Assembly (NCBI GenBank): GCA_024679065.1 | Contig: JAGIQG010000002.1 | Span: forward strand, 71,982,001-72,046,000 | Reading direction: 5' to 3' | DNA: 64,000 nucleotides | Source of the DNA: Sphyrna mokarran | Taxonomy: Eukaryota | In this document: in pieces, positions 1 to 13,900 of the stretch | Numbering within the stretch: the first letter of the stretch is position 1 | Layout of the letters: every line of letters begins with the position of its first letter | The notes under the pieces: generated by a model | What the model saw: only the letters and a program-made list of their open reading frames with translations | Told to the model about the DNA's origin: nothing | The model's database searches: none | Made by a program: the position numbers and the translations under genes

Positions 1-2700
1 TTAACGTGTACTACAAAAAACTACACTTCCACTCATTGTGATGAAAGCTGATGCAAAACCCATTAACCCATTCTTAGAATCAAAGTTTGTGAAAATCTAA
101 AGCTAACGAAGAGAATCATGACTACCATTATTGATGACATCCTGAGTGAGTACAAAGATATATTCCAGTGGATTGGTTGCCTTCAGTTGGAGCACGCCAA
201 CAAAACTGTGACATCCAGGAAAATACCTGATACAGAAAATACTTTTGAGTTTGAATGAAAGCAGAATTAGACAGAATGGAGAAACTTCACATCATCAAGA
301 AAATTGAAGAATAAGTTAATCCAATTATAATTGTAGAAAAATCAAATGGGAATCCGGGAGTTTGTTTGGAGCTTAGAGACTTAAACTAGGTGACACAAAG
401 AGAACATTATCAATTCCCTACAGCAGAAGAGATCACATGTAAGTTAGCTGATGCTAAATACTTCAGCCTTGGATGTGGGTTCAGGCTTCTGGCAGGTCAG
501 GCTTAGATGAACTCAGCTCTACTCTCTGTACCTTCAACACACTACGTAGACATTACAGATTTTTATGCCGACCTTTGGTGTTAATTCAGCACCTGAGGTG
601 TTCCACAACACAATGAAGCAGTTGTTAGAAGGGTTAGAAGGCACAAAAAACTATATTGAAGAGCCACACAAGAAAAACTCAACCACAAACTGAGATAGGT
701 GCTGGCGAGAGCTTGAGAAAGGAGCTTCAAGTCGAAGAATGAAAAATGCAAAATATAGCTTCATGATATCAAGTACTTGGGACATGGACTAACAAGTGAG
801 GGATTGAAGCAGTCATGAACATCCATCTCTAGAATGTAAAAGGTATGGAAAGGTTTTTGGGGATGATAGCCTACCTTGGGAAGTTCATTATATACGTGAC
901 AAACGTGATAGCACCTCTCAGAACACTGCCATAAAATGATGTGGAATGTTATTGGGAAGAAAACCACCAAGAAGTTTTGTTAAGTATGAAAATACAGTGA
1001 CCCAGATACCAGTATTACGATTTCAGTCAGCAAATAGAGATATCTGTGGACACACAAAACTGAGCTGTGGGATCTGTCCTCTTGGAAGATGAGGCACTTG
1101 TAGCGTATGCTGCAAAAACAATGACTGAAGCACAGCAACGATATGGCCATATAGAAATGCTAGCGATTGTATTTTGCCTAGAGCTCTTCCACCAGTTTGC
1201 CGATGGCATAGATGTGAAAGTAAAGTGATCATGACCTTTAAAAGATATATTTAAGCCCCTGAACTGTCCATCACCATGAATACAAAGATTTCTATTCTGT
1301 CTGCAGAAGTATAAATGTAAATATATTAAATATATTCTAATAAATATAAATGGGCAAAAATCTATATCACAGACACTCAGTTGCATGCATACCTACCCGT
1401 CGTAGAAGAGGACAAAGAAATAGTAGCATGGGTTCACACGCTGACAAGAACTTAGCTATAACTAACCAAACTGGATGAAATCAGGGAAGCGACAAGAACT
1501 ACACCATCCTGAGAAAACTGCAGTAAATTATGCCAACTGCCTGGCCCCCACATCTGTATCTCTTGGAGCTAGAACTTCCATGTGGAATTTCATGAAGCAA
1601 AAAGAATACTTTTCAAAGGAGAAAAGGTAATTCCTGGAACGCTGAGGAAAGTATGCTGCAGTCCATACATGAGAGTCACTTCACTATAGTAATGTGCAGG
1701 AAAATAACTTGTAATGTATTGGCCTGGAATGGGAACACAAATTGGGTAAATATTCAATGTGTGTGCAGTGTGCTAGAAGTACAGTAAATCACTTCAACCA
1801 ATGTTCAGAGGAGCCCTGACAGAAACTTTGAGAGGACTTGTTCACGTTTGACAACAGTAATACCTGCTAACAGTAGATTACTAGGGCGGCATGATGGCAC
1901 AGTGTTTAGCACTACTGCTCACAATATCAGGGGCTCAGGTTCGATTACTGGCTTGGTCACGATCTGTGCGGAATCTGCATGTTCTCCCCATATCTGCGAG
2001 GGTTTCCTCCAGGTGTTGCGATTTTTTTTCCCTCACAGTCCAAAAGACGTACTGGTTAGGTACCTTGGCCATGTAAATTCTTCCTCAGTATATACAAACA
2101 GGTGCAGGAGTGTGGCAACTTGAGGATTTTCACAGTAATTTCATTGCAGTGTTAATGTCAACCTACTTGTGATACTTAATTTATTACTCAAAATGAGTTT
2201 TAAGCCTGTGCTGCTGAGAAATGACAGTAAGTGCATCACTAATAAATCATTTGAAATTGATTTTTGCTTGCCATGGCATAAAAGAAGTGCCCATTTCAGA
2301 CAACAGTCCACAATTTTCAGGCATTGTATTTCACAAGTATGCAGAGGGTTACAAGTTTTGCCACATTGTCAAGTCCCAAGCATCAACAATCCAACTGAAT
2401 GGTGTAACGTAACGTGCAGACCTTTAAACATCTGTTGAAGAAGGCAAAGCAGGATGGTAGAGACCCTACCTGACATTGCTGGATTTTCAGAAATAATTAG
2501 ATTATCTCCAGCACTGATGGAGAGAAGATAAGAAACAGTGCCCCAACTGTTATTTCCACAGTCAGTGAGCTACAGCATGCAGGACCCACTCAAGCTGAGA
2601 TAACAGGAGCAGAAACAGTGCTTCAATTGAACTGCCTAACCTAAGTCTAAAAGTACAAGAGAACTGGAAATTTCTACGGAAAACAAATGGAGTGTGACCT
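1..2700 (+). mobile_element. Decayed Ty3/Gypsy LTR-retrotransposon pol relic (RT, RNase H, integrase), interrupted by a SINE
   Basis: Frameshifted motifs: VNPIIIVEKSNG, REHYQFPTAEEITCKLADAKYFS, GSGFWQVRLDE, FGVNSAPEVFHN (RT); VAYAAKTMTEAQQRY (RNase H); IFACHGIKEVPISDNSPQFS (integrase, ORF 2221). Many stops. Confidence 0.85.
1884..2190 (+). mobile_element. tRNA-derived V-SINE (HE1-like), tail type A
   Basis: A-box-like tggcacagtg and B-box ggttcgatt, V-domain catgttctcccc..gggtttcctcc, tail cacagtaatttcattgcagtgttaatg. Confidence 0.85.
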
Positions 2701-3578
2701 TGCTATGAACCAGAACCCAGCAGTGAAGCAATAGATAATCAGGCAAAGCCTGAAGGTCCTGAAAACTAAGGGGTAAAGATACACAGAGCTACAGAAGGCT
2801 CTGTGTCCTTCAAAATCACTTCTTGTCACCATTCAGAACATGAGGGGAAGAATTGTGAAACAATCACAGATATGAGTAAAAGATAAAACAAACTCATTAA
2901 AACAGTATGTAAAAGAATTGATGAGAATGTATAAGAGACGTTGTGCCCTTCAATAGGCACAGCCTATTGTGTTCTCCAACTAGGCTGATATGTGGCACTG
3001 AGGCTGGAAAATCCCAAGAGAGTCCCAAAATGGATTTTACATTGACGGGATTTTCGCACTCAATTGTTCCCGCCTCTAGCCAGTAATGTAACAGAAATCT
3101 CAACTTTGAAAGTGGAGAATTTCATTTAAATATTCTCAGAGCCATTATGCCTGAGTTTACCCGTCCTCCATTTGATTGTCCATTCATGTCAGCCAGAAGT
3201 ACAGATTACAGCTTGAAGGGGAGACAAGGTTATGCCCTGGTAGGGCCATGGAAATGTTATGTAGGGAGGGGGTTGTTATGTGGTTGTGGGGAGTGGCAGG
3301 GGGTTTCAGTTTTTAGAGGTTTTTAAAAGTGGGTTCTCTAATTAAAAACTAAAGTTGTTGACAGACAAGCTCTGAGTGATGTCCAAGGATTCGGCCCATG
3401 TAGTGTGTGTGCACGTGTGCTTTGGTCGCTACAAATGCTCCTTGCAAGCTTATGTTAATCACATTCAGTTATAAAGAAAAATATGTATTTTCTGATAAAT
3501 TCCGTATAGAAAATGAGGTTTGGGAATGGATTTGATAATTTTGATATTTTGTTACAATTATATTCTTGTACTTTTCAG

Positions 3579-3808
3579 CTCCAGTTGGCAGAGAATGAGA
3601 AAGTTCAGTGGGAACTAGAAAAAACGCAACTTCAGCAGAGTATTGAAGAGAACAAAGAAAGGATGTTGAAACTGGAGAACTACTGGATTGAGGCACAGAC
3701 ACTCTGTCATACTGTCAATGAACATTTAAAAGAGACCCAGTGTCAATACCAGGCCTTAGAGAAGAAATACAACAAAGCCAAGAAGCTCATTAAAGATTAC
3801 CAGCAGAA
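3579..3808 (+). CDS. PPP1R9A: Neurabin-1 coiled-coil exon ([15 protein letters not shown]...[10 protein letters not shown])
   Basis: Near-identical to the recalled vertebrate neurabin-1 [54 protein letters not shown]. Acceptor cttttcag, donor AA|gtaaga. Confidence 0.95.
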
Positions 3809-3900
3809 GTAAGAAATCAAATTAAAAATGCTGTATGATGGACAAAAATCTAAAAAATAATTTATTCAACCTGAAAACTTGTGAAACTTTAATTTTTCAG

Positions 3901-3997
3901 GGAAATAGAATTTGTTAAACATCAAGATGCTGAAAAAAAGAAATTTGAAGAAGTTGAAAAAGTACACGCAGCAGAAGTTCAGAAACTTCAGAGTAGG
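3901..3997 (+). CDS. PPP1R9A: Neurabin-1 exon (K)EIEFVKHQDAEKKKFEEVEKVHAAEVQKLQSR
   Basis: Acceptor atttttcag, donor AGG|gtaaga. Phase 2 joins the previous exon across a 92-nt intron. Matches ELDFIKRQEAERKKIEDLEKAH. Confidence 0.93.
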
Positions 3998-4182
3998 GTA
4001 AGAGATGCCATCAGATTAACGTTGTATACTTTATGACAATGCTTTAATACTTCAAAGAAATCAAAGATTTGCATATATTTTTGTACGTACGCCTTGCATT
4101 TTTAATCATAAACCTAAAACACTTTTAAGTATTCATTGAATGTGTTCCATATTATGGACTCCATAACTTCAAAATTCCTCTC

Positions 4183-4350
4183 ATAGAATCATAGAATTCC
4201 TGTAGTACAGAGGCAGTCACTCGGCCCATCAAGTCTGCGTCAACCACAATCCCATCTAGGCCCTATCCACTTAACCCCATGTATTTTCCCTGTTATTCCT
4301 CCTGACACTATGGGGCAATTTACCCTGGCCAAGCAACCTAACCCACGCCT
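4183..4350 (-). mobile_element. HE1-like SINE 3' fragment (CR1-type tail)
   Basis: catagaatcatagaattcc tail repeat, ggcccatcaagtctgc, ggggcaatttaccctggccaa. Confidence 0.75.
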
Positions 4351-5529
4351 CCTACGTCCCTGAAAAAAATCAACTCTTAGGGTACAAAAAGCAGAGAAAA
4401 AGCTTTTGTGATCTACTGTTAATTGTTCCTTGGCATCTCTGGGGTTCCGTAAGAGAAGCAATGTGTCCTGTGTAAATACGAGTTGCAGAAGTAATATTGA
4501 AATTAATGAGGGAGGGTGGAATTAATGGTTCCTTTAATTTCATTTTTCTTCAGGGTGATCAGATAGACATCCGTTTTACTGTTGGAAAATAAAGTTGTTG
4601 GTAGCCCTTGTACCAGGACCCCCATACTGTTTGAAGGGTCTTATTGAGGAAAGCAGCAAGGTTAAAGGGCTAGTGGCTTTTTTTCTCCACAAGAATGGAT
4701 TCCAAAGACAAGAGATCTGAGTTCTTGCACAACACTCAGCAGATCCCACAGTTGGCAGTCATTGCCACTGTTACTACTACACTTTAAGGGAGTACAAAGG
4801 CAATTGACTTTCCAGCCTGCTTTGAGTGCAAGTACCTGGTAAATCAGGGCTATTTTGGAAGACAAACTAATGATATGAATACAAAATCATGTCAGGTATT
4901 CTAGGTGTGCCTGATACGAGAGTGAGGAGAATAACAGGAAAGCTTGATAACAGCTAAGATTGTGTTTTCTGGCTTTTTAGTTGAGAGTTGCCTCCATTTA
5001 TAGCCCCTGATTGGCCAGGGCAAAGATCAGGGGAACTGAGCAGACTGGCACTTGAATGATTGGCAATGGATCCAGATGCCAGGGGTGAAGGGCAAGGGAG
5101 GTGTGAGTGGCAGGAGATCTCCCAGTGTACTGTGTGCACAGTGTATTGGGAGATTGGGGCACATGGGCAGTGATGTCCCTAGTACTCAGCAATTGGCTTC
5201 CCGGTGAGATTAGGCCTTTCCATTTGCCCTACTGATGTGGATCACATCCTGAGTTTTTTCCTAATTGGTTATGATTGCGACTGGGAACACACCCCAAAAA
5301 ACAGGTGTGATTTTTCCCCTGTTTTCATGCTTGTTTGGTGCTTAGAATTTTTGGTAACATCGCCTGCTAAGATAGTATCGTACAAGCCCTGATGTTTCCA
5401 ACCTTTTTACAAAGGTTAATAAAAATTTAAGTAGATGTAGCAAGAAAGGATTGTTAGAAAGCTAACATTTTTCCTTAAAAGATAAAGAATTCAGTACATT
5501 TGTGTACGCTAATTCAGGTTACACAATGA

Positions 5530-6580
5530 TGAACGGAAAACAAATGTTAGAACTACTGGGTAAAAGGTCCCTGGTTCTAATTGGGCATAAATTCCAGATA
5601 CAAAAGAAGTTACTGTTAGAGTGGAGAAGATAGAGGAGAGATTTGATAGATGTATTCAAAATTACAAGGATTTGATAAAGTAAAGATAAAGTAAAGTAGG
5701 CAGTCAAGTCATTAAGGTTGTTAAGAAGGCATATGGAGTCTTAGCTTTTATTGGTAGGGGGATTGAATTTCGGAGCCGCAACGTCATGTTGCAACTGTAC
5801 AAAACTCTAGTGCGGCCGCACTTGGAGTATTGTGTGCAGTTCTGGTCCCCACATTATAAGAAAGATGTGGAGGCATTGGAGAGGGTACAGAGGAGGTTTA
5901 CCAGGATGTTGCCTGGTATGGAGGGCAGGTCTTATGAAGAGAGGCTGAGGGATTTGAGGTTGTTTTCGTTAGAAAGGAGGCGGCTAAGAGGGGACCTTAT
6001 CGAAACATATAAGATGATTAGAGGTTTAGATAGGGTGGACAGTGATAGCCTTTTTCCTAGGATGGAGAAAGCTAGCACGAGGGGACACAGCTTTAAATTA
6101 AGGGGTGATAGTTATAGGACGGATATCAGAGGTAGGTTCTTTACCCAAAGGGTGGTTCGGGAGTGGAATGCCCTGCCTGCAGCAGTTGTAGATGCGCCAA
6201 GTTTGGTGGCGTTTAAGAGGTTAGTTGATAAGTATATGGAAGAGAAGGGAATGGTTTAGTTTGGAGGGGCATTGCTTTTTATATTGGTCAGCGCAACTTC
6301 GAAGGCCGAAGGGCCTGTTCTGTGCTGTAATGTTCTATGTTCTAAATGGAGAGAAACTGTATCCAGTAGTCGGAGGGATGTTGGCCAGAGAACACTGATT
6401 TGGGGAGAATTAGAAAAAGAAACAGAATGGGAGATAGGAACTTCACTTCATTTGGAGAGTTGTGGTTTAGAGAGAACTGCCTAGGGTGTCAGTGGAAACA
6501 GACAGAGGTAACTGTCAGGAAGTTTTATGGATGCTTGAAGGGGAACAGTTATTACATGTGAGTTGAGCTGATTGGATTGG
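5530..6580 (+). mobile_element. Old CR1 3' fragment split by a younger CR1
   Basis: Degenerate LEWRR.RGDLIDVFKI at about 5615-5700, resuming after 6345. Confidence 0.6.
5701..6345 (+). mobile_element. Young 5'-truncated CR1 (HER1-like) LINE
   Basis: Intact ORF2 C-terminus LYKTLVRPHLEYCVQFWSP..LFSLERRRLRGDLIE..FFTQRVV; tail gggcctgttctgtgctg..gttctatgttcta. Confidence 0.95.
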
Positions 6581-6689
6581 AAACTGCTTTTTCCCACTTA
6601 ATCAGTGACTTTGCATTGTAAGGTCAGAAGTAGGGATGTTCGCTGATTATTGTAGTGTCCAGTATGTTTGCAACTTCTTGGATAATGAT

Positions 6690-7485
6690 GCAGTCTTCAC
6701 CCGTAAGGGGCAAGACTTGGATATCATTCAGGCTCAAGCTAATAAGTGGTAAGTAGCGTTCGCATCAGATACCAGTCAGTCAATGAGCATCTCCAACATC
6801 AATGATTCTCACCATCTCCCTTGGACCTTCAAAGACATTACCATCATTGAATACCCCCTCTTCGGGGGATGGCCACCGTTTACTCAAATCTTAACTGAAT
6901 GAGCCACCTAAATACAATGACTGCACATCTGAGGCTAGATATTTTGTAACATGATAACATTCTAACCCACTAACTTTTCACCATCTACAAGGCATCCCTT
7001 AAAAGTGTGATAGAATACTCTGCACTTGCCTGGATGATTAAGGCTTCAACATGCCGCTTGGCAGTATCCAAGACAAAAGCAGCCTGTTTGATTAGCACCT
7101 CATTCTTCACATTAAACATTCATTCTCTCCATCACCAGAACACCAGGGTTTCAGCATGTACTCTCTGTGATACGCACAGAAGCAACTAAGCAATATCTTA
7201 AAATCCGCAACCTCTACCACCTGGAAGAACCAGGGTAGCAAGCACATTAAAACACCACCACCTGCAACTTTCCATGTCATATACCATCGTAACTTGGAAT
7301 CATATAATGGTTCCTTCATTGTTGCTGCATCAAAATCCTAGAATGTCCTACCAAACAGCACTGTGGAATTTACTTCCACAACATACACTGCAGTGTTTCA
7401 ATAAAGTGGTACAACACCATCTTCTGGAGGACAATTAGTGATGGCAATAAATGCTGACATTGCCATGAAGTCCACATTTCATGAA
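6690..7485 (+). mobile_element. 3' part of a second, CR1-superfamily LINE family
   Basis: Degenerate IYKA..VIEYSALAW; tail ggacaattagtgatggcaataaatgctgacattgcc shared with 21.1 kb and 44.2 kb copies. Confidence 0.65.
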
Positions 7486-7544
7486 CAACTTCGAAACAAA
7501 ACTACCATTTCTCTGCGTGATCACACCTTCCCTCAAATTTGCTG

Positions 7545-7845
7545 TGCAGCATGATGGTACAGTGGTTAGCGTGCTGCTCACAGCGCCAGGGACCCAAGTT
7601 CAATTCCTGGCTAGGGTCACTGTGTGGAGTTTGCACGTTCTCCCTGTGACTGCATGGGTTTCCTTCCACAGTTCAAAGATGTGCAGATTAGGTGGATTGG
7701 CCATGCTAAATTACCCTTGGTGTCATGGCGACTAGCTAAGGTAAATGATGTGGATGTGGGGATAGGGTCTAGGTGGGATTCTGGTCAATACCGACTTAAT
7801 GGGCCGAATGGCTGCTTCCTGCACTGTGGGATTCTATACCCATGA
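7545..7845 (+). mobile_element. HE1-like V-SINE, CR1-type tail
   Basis: cagtggttagc, gttcaattcc, V-domain, tail gggccgaatggc..cactgtgggattctat. Confidence 0.85.
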
Positions 7846-8092
7846 CTCCATCCACACCCATAACCTTTTAATTGTTCCTAGTGCTACGTGCCTCCTGCAT
7901 CAAAATCAACCAGGCTGTCAGTTGATGTACAACATCCTATGATTCTGTAGGTAAAAAGATGATATTTTCTGAGTCATAAATGATTCCACAACTATATCTT
8001 AGTCCTATCAAGTTATCCACCCAAAATAATTTGTCTTGTTAATATTTTTAACCCAGAAATTGGCAAAACCTCAGGCAGTCGCAGCAGATTTA

Positions 8093-10920
8093 CATAGAAA
8101 CTAGAAGCAGGAGGAGGTAGTTTGGCTATTCGATCCAGCTGCACCATTCATTTTGATCATGATTGATCATCAAAATCAACGTCCTTTCAAAATCAACAAT
8201 CCCAGCTTTCCCATATCCCTTGATCTCTTTAGCCCCTAGAGCTATATCTAATTTCTTCTTGAAATCTCACAATGTTTTAAGACCATATAACATAGGAGCA
8301 GAATTAGGCCACTTGGCCCAAATTTGCTCCGCCATTCAATCATGGCTGATGTTTTTCTCATTGCTATTCTTCTGTCTTTTCCCCATAACCCTCTGATCGC
8401 CTTATTAATTAAAAACATATCTATCTCTGTCTTAAAGACACTCAATGATCTAGCCTCCCCAGCCTTCTGTGGGAAAGAGTTCCACAGATTCATCACTCTC
8501 TGGCTGAAGAAATTCCTCGTCATCTCTGTTTTAAAGGATCATCTCTTTAGCCTGAGGTTGTGCCTCTGGTTCTACTTTTTCCTAGTAGTGGAAACATCCT
8601 CTCCAGGTCTCTATAAGATACCCCCCCTGATCCTTCTAAACTCCGAGTACGGACCCAGAGTCCTAAATCATTCCTCATATGACAAGCTCTTTATTCCAGG
8701 AATCTTTCTTGTGAACCTCCTCTGGGTCCTTTCTAAGGCGAGCACATCTTTCCTTAGATATGGGGCCCAAAACTGCTTACAGTCCTCCAAATTGGGTCTG
8801 ACCAGTGTCTTATACAGCCTCAGGAGTACATCCCTGCTGTTGTATTCTAGCCCTCTTGACATGAATACTAACATTGCAATTGTCTTCCGGACTGCTGACT
8901 GAACCTGTATGTTAATCTTAAGAGAATCTTGAACAATGACTTCCAAGTCCCTTTGTGTTTTTGATTTTCTAAGCATTTTCCCATTTAAAAAATAGTCTGT
9001 GCCTGCATTCTCCTTCCACATTGCATTCTATCTGCCTCCACTTTGTCCATTCTCTTAACCTGTCCAAGTCGTTCTGCAGCTCCCCTGTTTCCTTAATACT
9101 ACCTGTCCTTCTACGTATGTTTGTATCATCTACAAACTTAGCAACAGTGCCTTCAGTTACTTCTCCCAAATCGTTTATTTTTTATATATATATATGTATG
9201 TGTATGTGTATGTGTGTGTATATATAGTGAAAGGTTGTGGTCCCAGCACTGACCCCTGAAGCACATCGGTTGCCATCCTAAAAAAGACCCCTTTATCCCC
9301 ACTTTCTACCTTCTGCCAGTAAGCTAATCCTCTCTCCATGTCAGATCTTACCCTTAACATTATGGGCACTTAACCCATTTAACAGTCTCCTATGTGATAC
9401 CTTGTCAAAGGTCTTCTGGAAATCTAAATACATCATGTCCACTGGTTCTCCTTTATCTAATTTCTTTGTTACCACCACAAAGAACCCTAACAGATTTGTC
9501 AGACATGACGTCCCCTTGATGAAGCCATGCTAACTCAATCCTATCTTATCATGATTTCCAAGTACTTTGCAATCTCATCTTTAATAATGGACTCTAAAAT
9601 CTTGCCAATGACAAAAGTCAGGCTAACTGGTCAATAATTTCCCATCTGCTGCCTCCCTCCCTTCTTTCACAGCAGTGTTACATTTGATACTTTCCAGTCT
9701 GGTATCCTCCCTGCCTCCAGAAAGATCACCACCACTGTCACCATAATTTCCTCAGTTATCTCTTTTAGAACACTGGGATGTAGTGCATTGGGTCCAGGTG
9801 ATTTATCCACCTTTGACCTTTGTTTCCTCAGAACCTTCTCCTTAGTGATGGCCATTACTTGTGCCCCCTGATTCTCCTGGAGCTCTGGAATCCCACTGGT
9901 GACTTTCACCACGAAGACTGATGCAAAGGAACTATTCAGTTCCTCTGCCATTGCTTTGTTTCCTATTATTACTTCTCCAGCCTCATTTTCCAGTGTCCAA
10001 TGGCTATTTTTGTCTCTCTCTCTTAACTTCTATATATTGAAAAAAACTCTTCCTATCTTCTTTTATATTATTAGCTATCTTACATTCATATTCGATTCCC
10101 CCTCCCCCAACTGCTTTTTTAGTTGTCCTCTGCTCACTTTTAAAGGCTCCCCAATCCTCTGGTGTCTCACTAATCCTTGCTACTTTGTATGCTTTCTCTT
10201 TTGCTTTTATACTGTCCTTGACTTACCTCATCAGCCATGGATGCCTTGCCCTACCTTAGCATGTTTCTTCCTCTTTGGGATGAATTTTGGTTGTGCCTCC
10301 CAGATAACTCTCAAAAACTCCTGACATTGCTGTTCCAAAGTTTTCTCTGCTAAGCTCCCTTTCCAATCAACTCTTGCCAACTTCTCCCTCATGTCTTTGT
10401 AACTACCTTTATTTAATTGTAATACTGTTATATCTGGCTCCAACTTCTCCCTCTCGAACTGCAGGGTTCAATTCTATCATATTGTGGCCACTATTCCAAA
10501 AATGTTTTGGCTTCAACTACTTTCTGTGGTAGTGAATTCCACAGATTCACCACTCTGGGTGAAGAAATTTCTGCTCACCTCAGTCCTAAAGGTTTTACCC
10601 CTTCAAACTGTAACCCCTAGTTCTGCACTCCCCCACTGTTGGGAACATTCTTTCTGAATCTATCCTGTCTAATCCTTTTGGAATTTTCTATAAGTTTCTT
10701 ATAAGTTTCTACAAGATCCTCTCTCACTCTTCTAAACTCCAATGAATACAATCCTAACTGACTTATTTTCTCCTCACATTACAACTCTGCCATTCCAGGA
10801 ATTAGCCTGGCGCTCCCTGTATAGCAAGGACATCCTTCCTCTGATAAGGATACCAAAATTGCATACAATGCGCCAGTGTGGCATCACTAGCACCTGTACA
10901 ATTGCAATAAAACAATTTCT
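8093..10920 (-). mobile_element. CR1 3' end (8093-8278, resuming at 10501) hosting another CR1 (8279-10500)
   Basis: RT ORFs 8248, 8668, 8969, 9175, 9667, 10231. The 8-bp direct repeat aatgtttt at 8271-8278 and 10501-10508 flanks the inner copy. Confidence 0.9.
9183..9226. repeat. (TA)n/(TATGTG)n compound microsatellite within CR1
   Basis: tatatatatatatgtatgtgtatgtgtatgtgtgtgtatatata. Confidence 0.9.
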
Positions 10921-10924
10921 TGTA

Positions 10925-13900
10925 AGATATTAGAAGTTCTCAGCATGGAAGAAAGACCTTGAGCCCAACTTGTCCACGCTGCCTAGTTTTTACCACTAAG
11001 CTAGTTCAAATTGCCCATCTGTGGCCTATGTCCTATGATACCCACCTTACCCATGTAACTGTATAAATGCTTTTTAAAGGACACACTTGTACCAGCCTGT
11101 ATTACTGCTTCCAGCAGCTCATTCCAATCACTCACCACTGTGTAGAAAAGTTGCCTCTCTGGATCCTTTTTGTATTTTTTTCCTTTCACTTTAAATCTAC
11201 ACCCTCCAGTTTTAGACTTCGCTACCTTTGGGGAAATGAAGTTGACTATATACCTCACCTATGCCTTGATTATTTTATGGATCTCTAGAAGATCACCCCT
11301 AAACCTCCTATGTTTCAGAGGAAAGTTCCAGCCTCTCCTTATAACTCAAACCATCAAGTCCCAGTAACAATCTAGTAAATCTTTTCTGCACTCTTTCTGG
11401 TTTAATGATATTCTTTCTATAATAGAGTGACCAGAAGTGTATGCAGTATTCCAAGTCTGGCCTTAACCAATGTCTTGCGCAACTTCAGGGTGCCCCAATT
11501 CCTGCATTCAGTGTTCTGACCAAAGAAACCAAATATGCTGAACGTCTCCTTCACCACTCTGTCCACCTGTGACTCCACTTTCAAGGACCTATGAACTTGA
11601 TCTCTTTGTTCTATAACTCTCCCCCAGTGCCCTACCATTAACTGAGTAAATCCTGCCCCGATTCAGTCTACCAAAGTGCATCATTTCGCATTTATTCAAA
11701 CTAAACTCCATTTGCCATTCATCAGCCCATTGGCTCAATTGATCAAGATTCTGTTGCAATCCTAGATAACCTTCTTCATTGTCCACTGTGCCATCAACCT
11801 TGGTGTCAACTGCAAATTTACTAACAATGCCTCTTAAGTTCTCATCCAAATCATTAATATAAATGACAAATAAAAATAGACCCAGCACTGATCCCTGAGG
11901 CACACCGCTGGTCACAGGCCTCTAGTTGAAAAACAACTGAACACAATCACTCTGTCTTCTGTTATCAAACCAGTTTTGTATATAATTAACTACCTCAGCA
12001 TGAATGCCGTGAGATTTAACCTTGCGCAACAACCTACCATGTGGTACCTTGTCAAAAGCCTTGCTAAATTCCATGTAGACAATGTCAACAGCACTGCGCT
12101 CATCTACCTTCTTGCTTACCCCTCCAAAAAACTCAGTCAAAATTGTCAGACAAGATTTTCCACTCAAAACCATACTGACTGTCCCTGATGAGTTCTTGCC
12201 TTTCTGAATGCCTGTACATTCTGTCACTCAGAATACCTTCTAATAACTTACCCACCACAGACGTTAGGCTCGCTGGCCTGAAGTCCTTCTTAAAAGTGGC
12301 ACAACAGTTGCTACCCTCCAATATTCAGGCATTTCATCAGTGGCTGTTGATGTTTCAAGTATCTCTGCTAGGGAACACTCTGGTCTGAGCGTATTAGCTA
12401 TGAGGAGAGGTTGGATAAACTCGGTTTGTTCTTCTGGAACTACGGAAGTTGAGGAGTGATCTGATCGAGGTGTACAAGATTATGAGTGGCGTAGACAGAG
12501 TGGATAGCCAAATGCTTTTTCCTAGGTAGAAAAGTCAAGTACTAGGGAACATAGGTTTAAGGTGCTTGGGGAAAAGTTTAGAGGAGATGTGCAAGACAAG
12601 TTTTTTATACAGGGTGGTGAATGTCTGGAACGTGTTGCCAAGGGAGTGGTGGGAGCAGGTACGATAGTGGCATTTAAGGGGAACTAGACAAATAGATGAA
12701 TAGAATGGGAATGGAAGGATATGGACTCCGTAAGTGCATATGGTTTTAGTTTAGGCAGGCATAGATGCAGGCTTGGAGGACCGAGAGGTCTATCACATGC
12801 TATACTTTTCTATGTTCTTTGTTCCCTAACATCCATGACTTTTTCAACAGTAAATATAGATGAGAAATAGTCATTTAGGATGTCTTGTGGATACATACAC
12901 ACATAAATGACCTTGTTGATCCTTAAGAGACCCTGCTCTCTCCCTAATTACTCTTTTGCCCATTATGTATTTGTAGCTCTTTGGATTCTCCTTTGTTTTA
13001 TCTGCTAAAGCAATCTTATGTTCCCTTTTTGCCCTCCTGATTTCTCTCTCAACTCTATCTTGACAACCTCTATACCCGGCAAGGCACCTACTTGATCCCA
13101 GCTGACTATGCATGTCACATGCCTCCTCCCACTTTTTGACCAGGGCCTAAATATCCCAAGTCATCCAGGGTTTCCTATTTCTACTGGCCTTACTTTCAGT
13201 CTATAAGGAATGTGCTTAGCCTGAATTCTCTAACACATTTTTGAAAGCTCCTATTTATCAGCTGAACCCTTGCCTCCCAACAGATACCCCAACCAACTTT
13301 TGAAAGTTCCTGTCTCATACTGTCACAATTGGCCTTGCCCCAAATTAGAATTTTAACTTTTGGGCCAGACCTGTCGTTCTCCATAGCTATCTTAAAAGTA
13401 ATGGAATTATGGTCACCGAACCCAAAATGATCTCTCACAAACACTCCTGTCACCTGCCCTTCCTTATTTCCCAAGAGCAGGTCAAGGTTTGCCCCCACTC
13501 TACTCGGGCCATCCACATAATGAATGAGAAATTCCTCCTGAATACACTGAACAAATTTCTCTCCATCCATTCCCCTAATGCTATGTCGGTCCCAGTCAAT
13601 TTTGAGAAAGTTAAAATTCCCTACTATTATCAACCTATTTTTCTTGCAGCTATCTGTAATCTTCTTACATATCTCGCTGATTATTTGAGGACCTGTAGTA
13701 CAATCCTATCAAAGTGATCTTTCTCTATTTAGTTTTTACTTTTACTTACATAAACTCAGTGAGTGGACTGTCAGATATATCCCACCTCAGTACTGCTGTG
13801 ATGTTCTCCCTAATCAAAATCTCAATTATCCCCTTCTCTATTATATCCTGTTCTATCTTTTCTATAGCATCTGTACCCTGGAATATTGAGCTGCCCCTCC

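Noticed and set aside
7545-7620. tRNA genes at SINE heads
   Set aside because: Degenerate A/B boxes run directly into the V-domain, with no cloverleaf.
8324-8902. 192-aa ORF and other antisense ORFs (9899, 24791, 24987)
   Set aside because: Shadow frames opposite CR1 ORF2.
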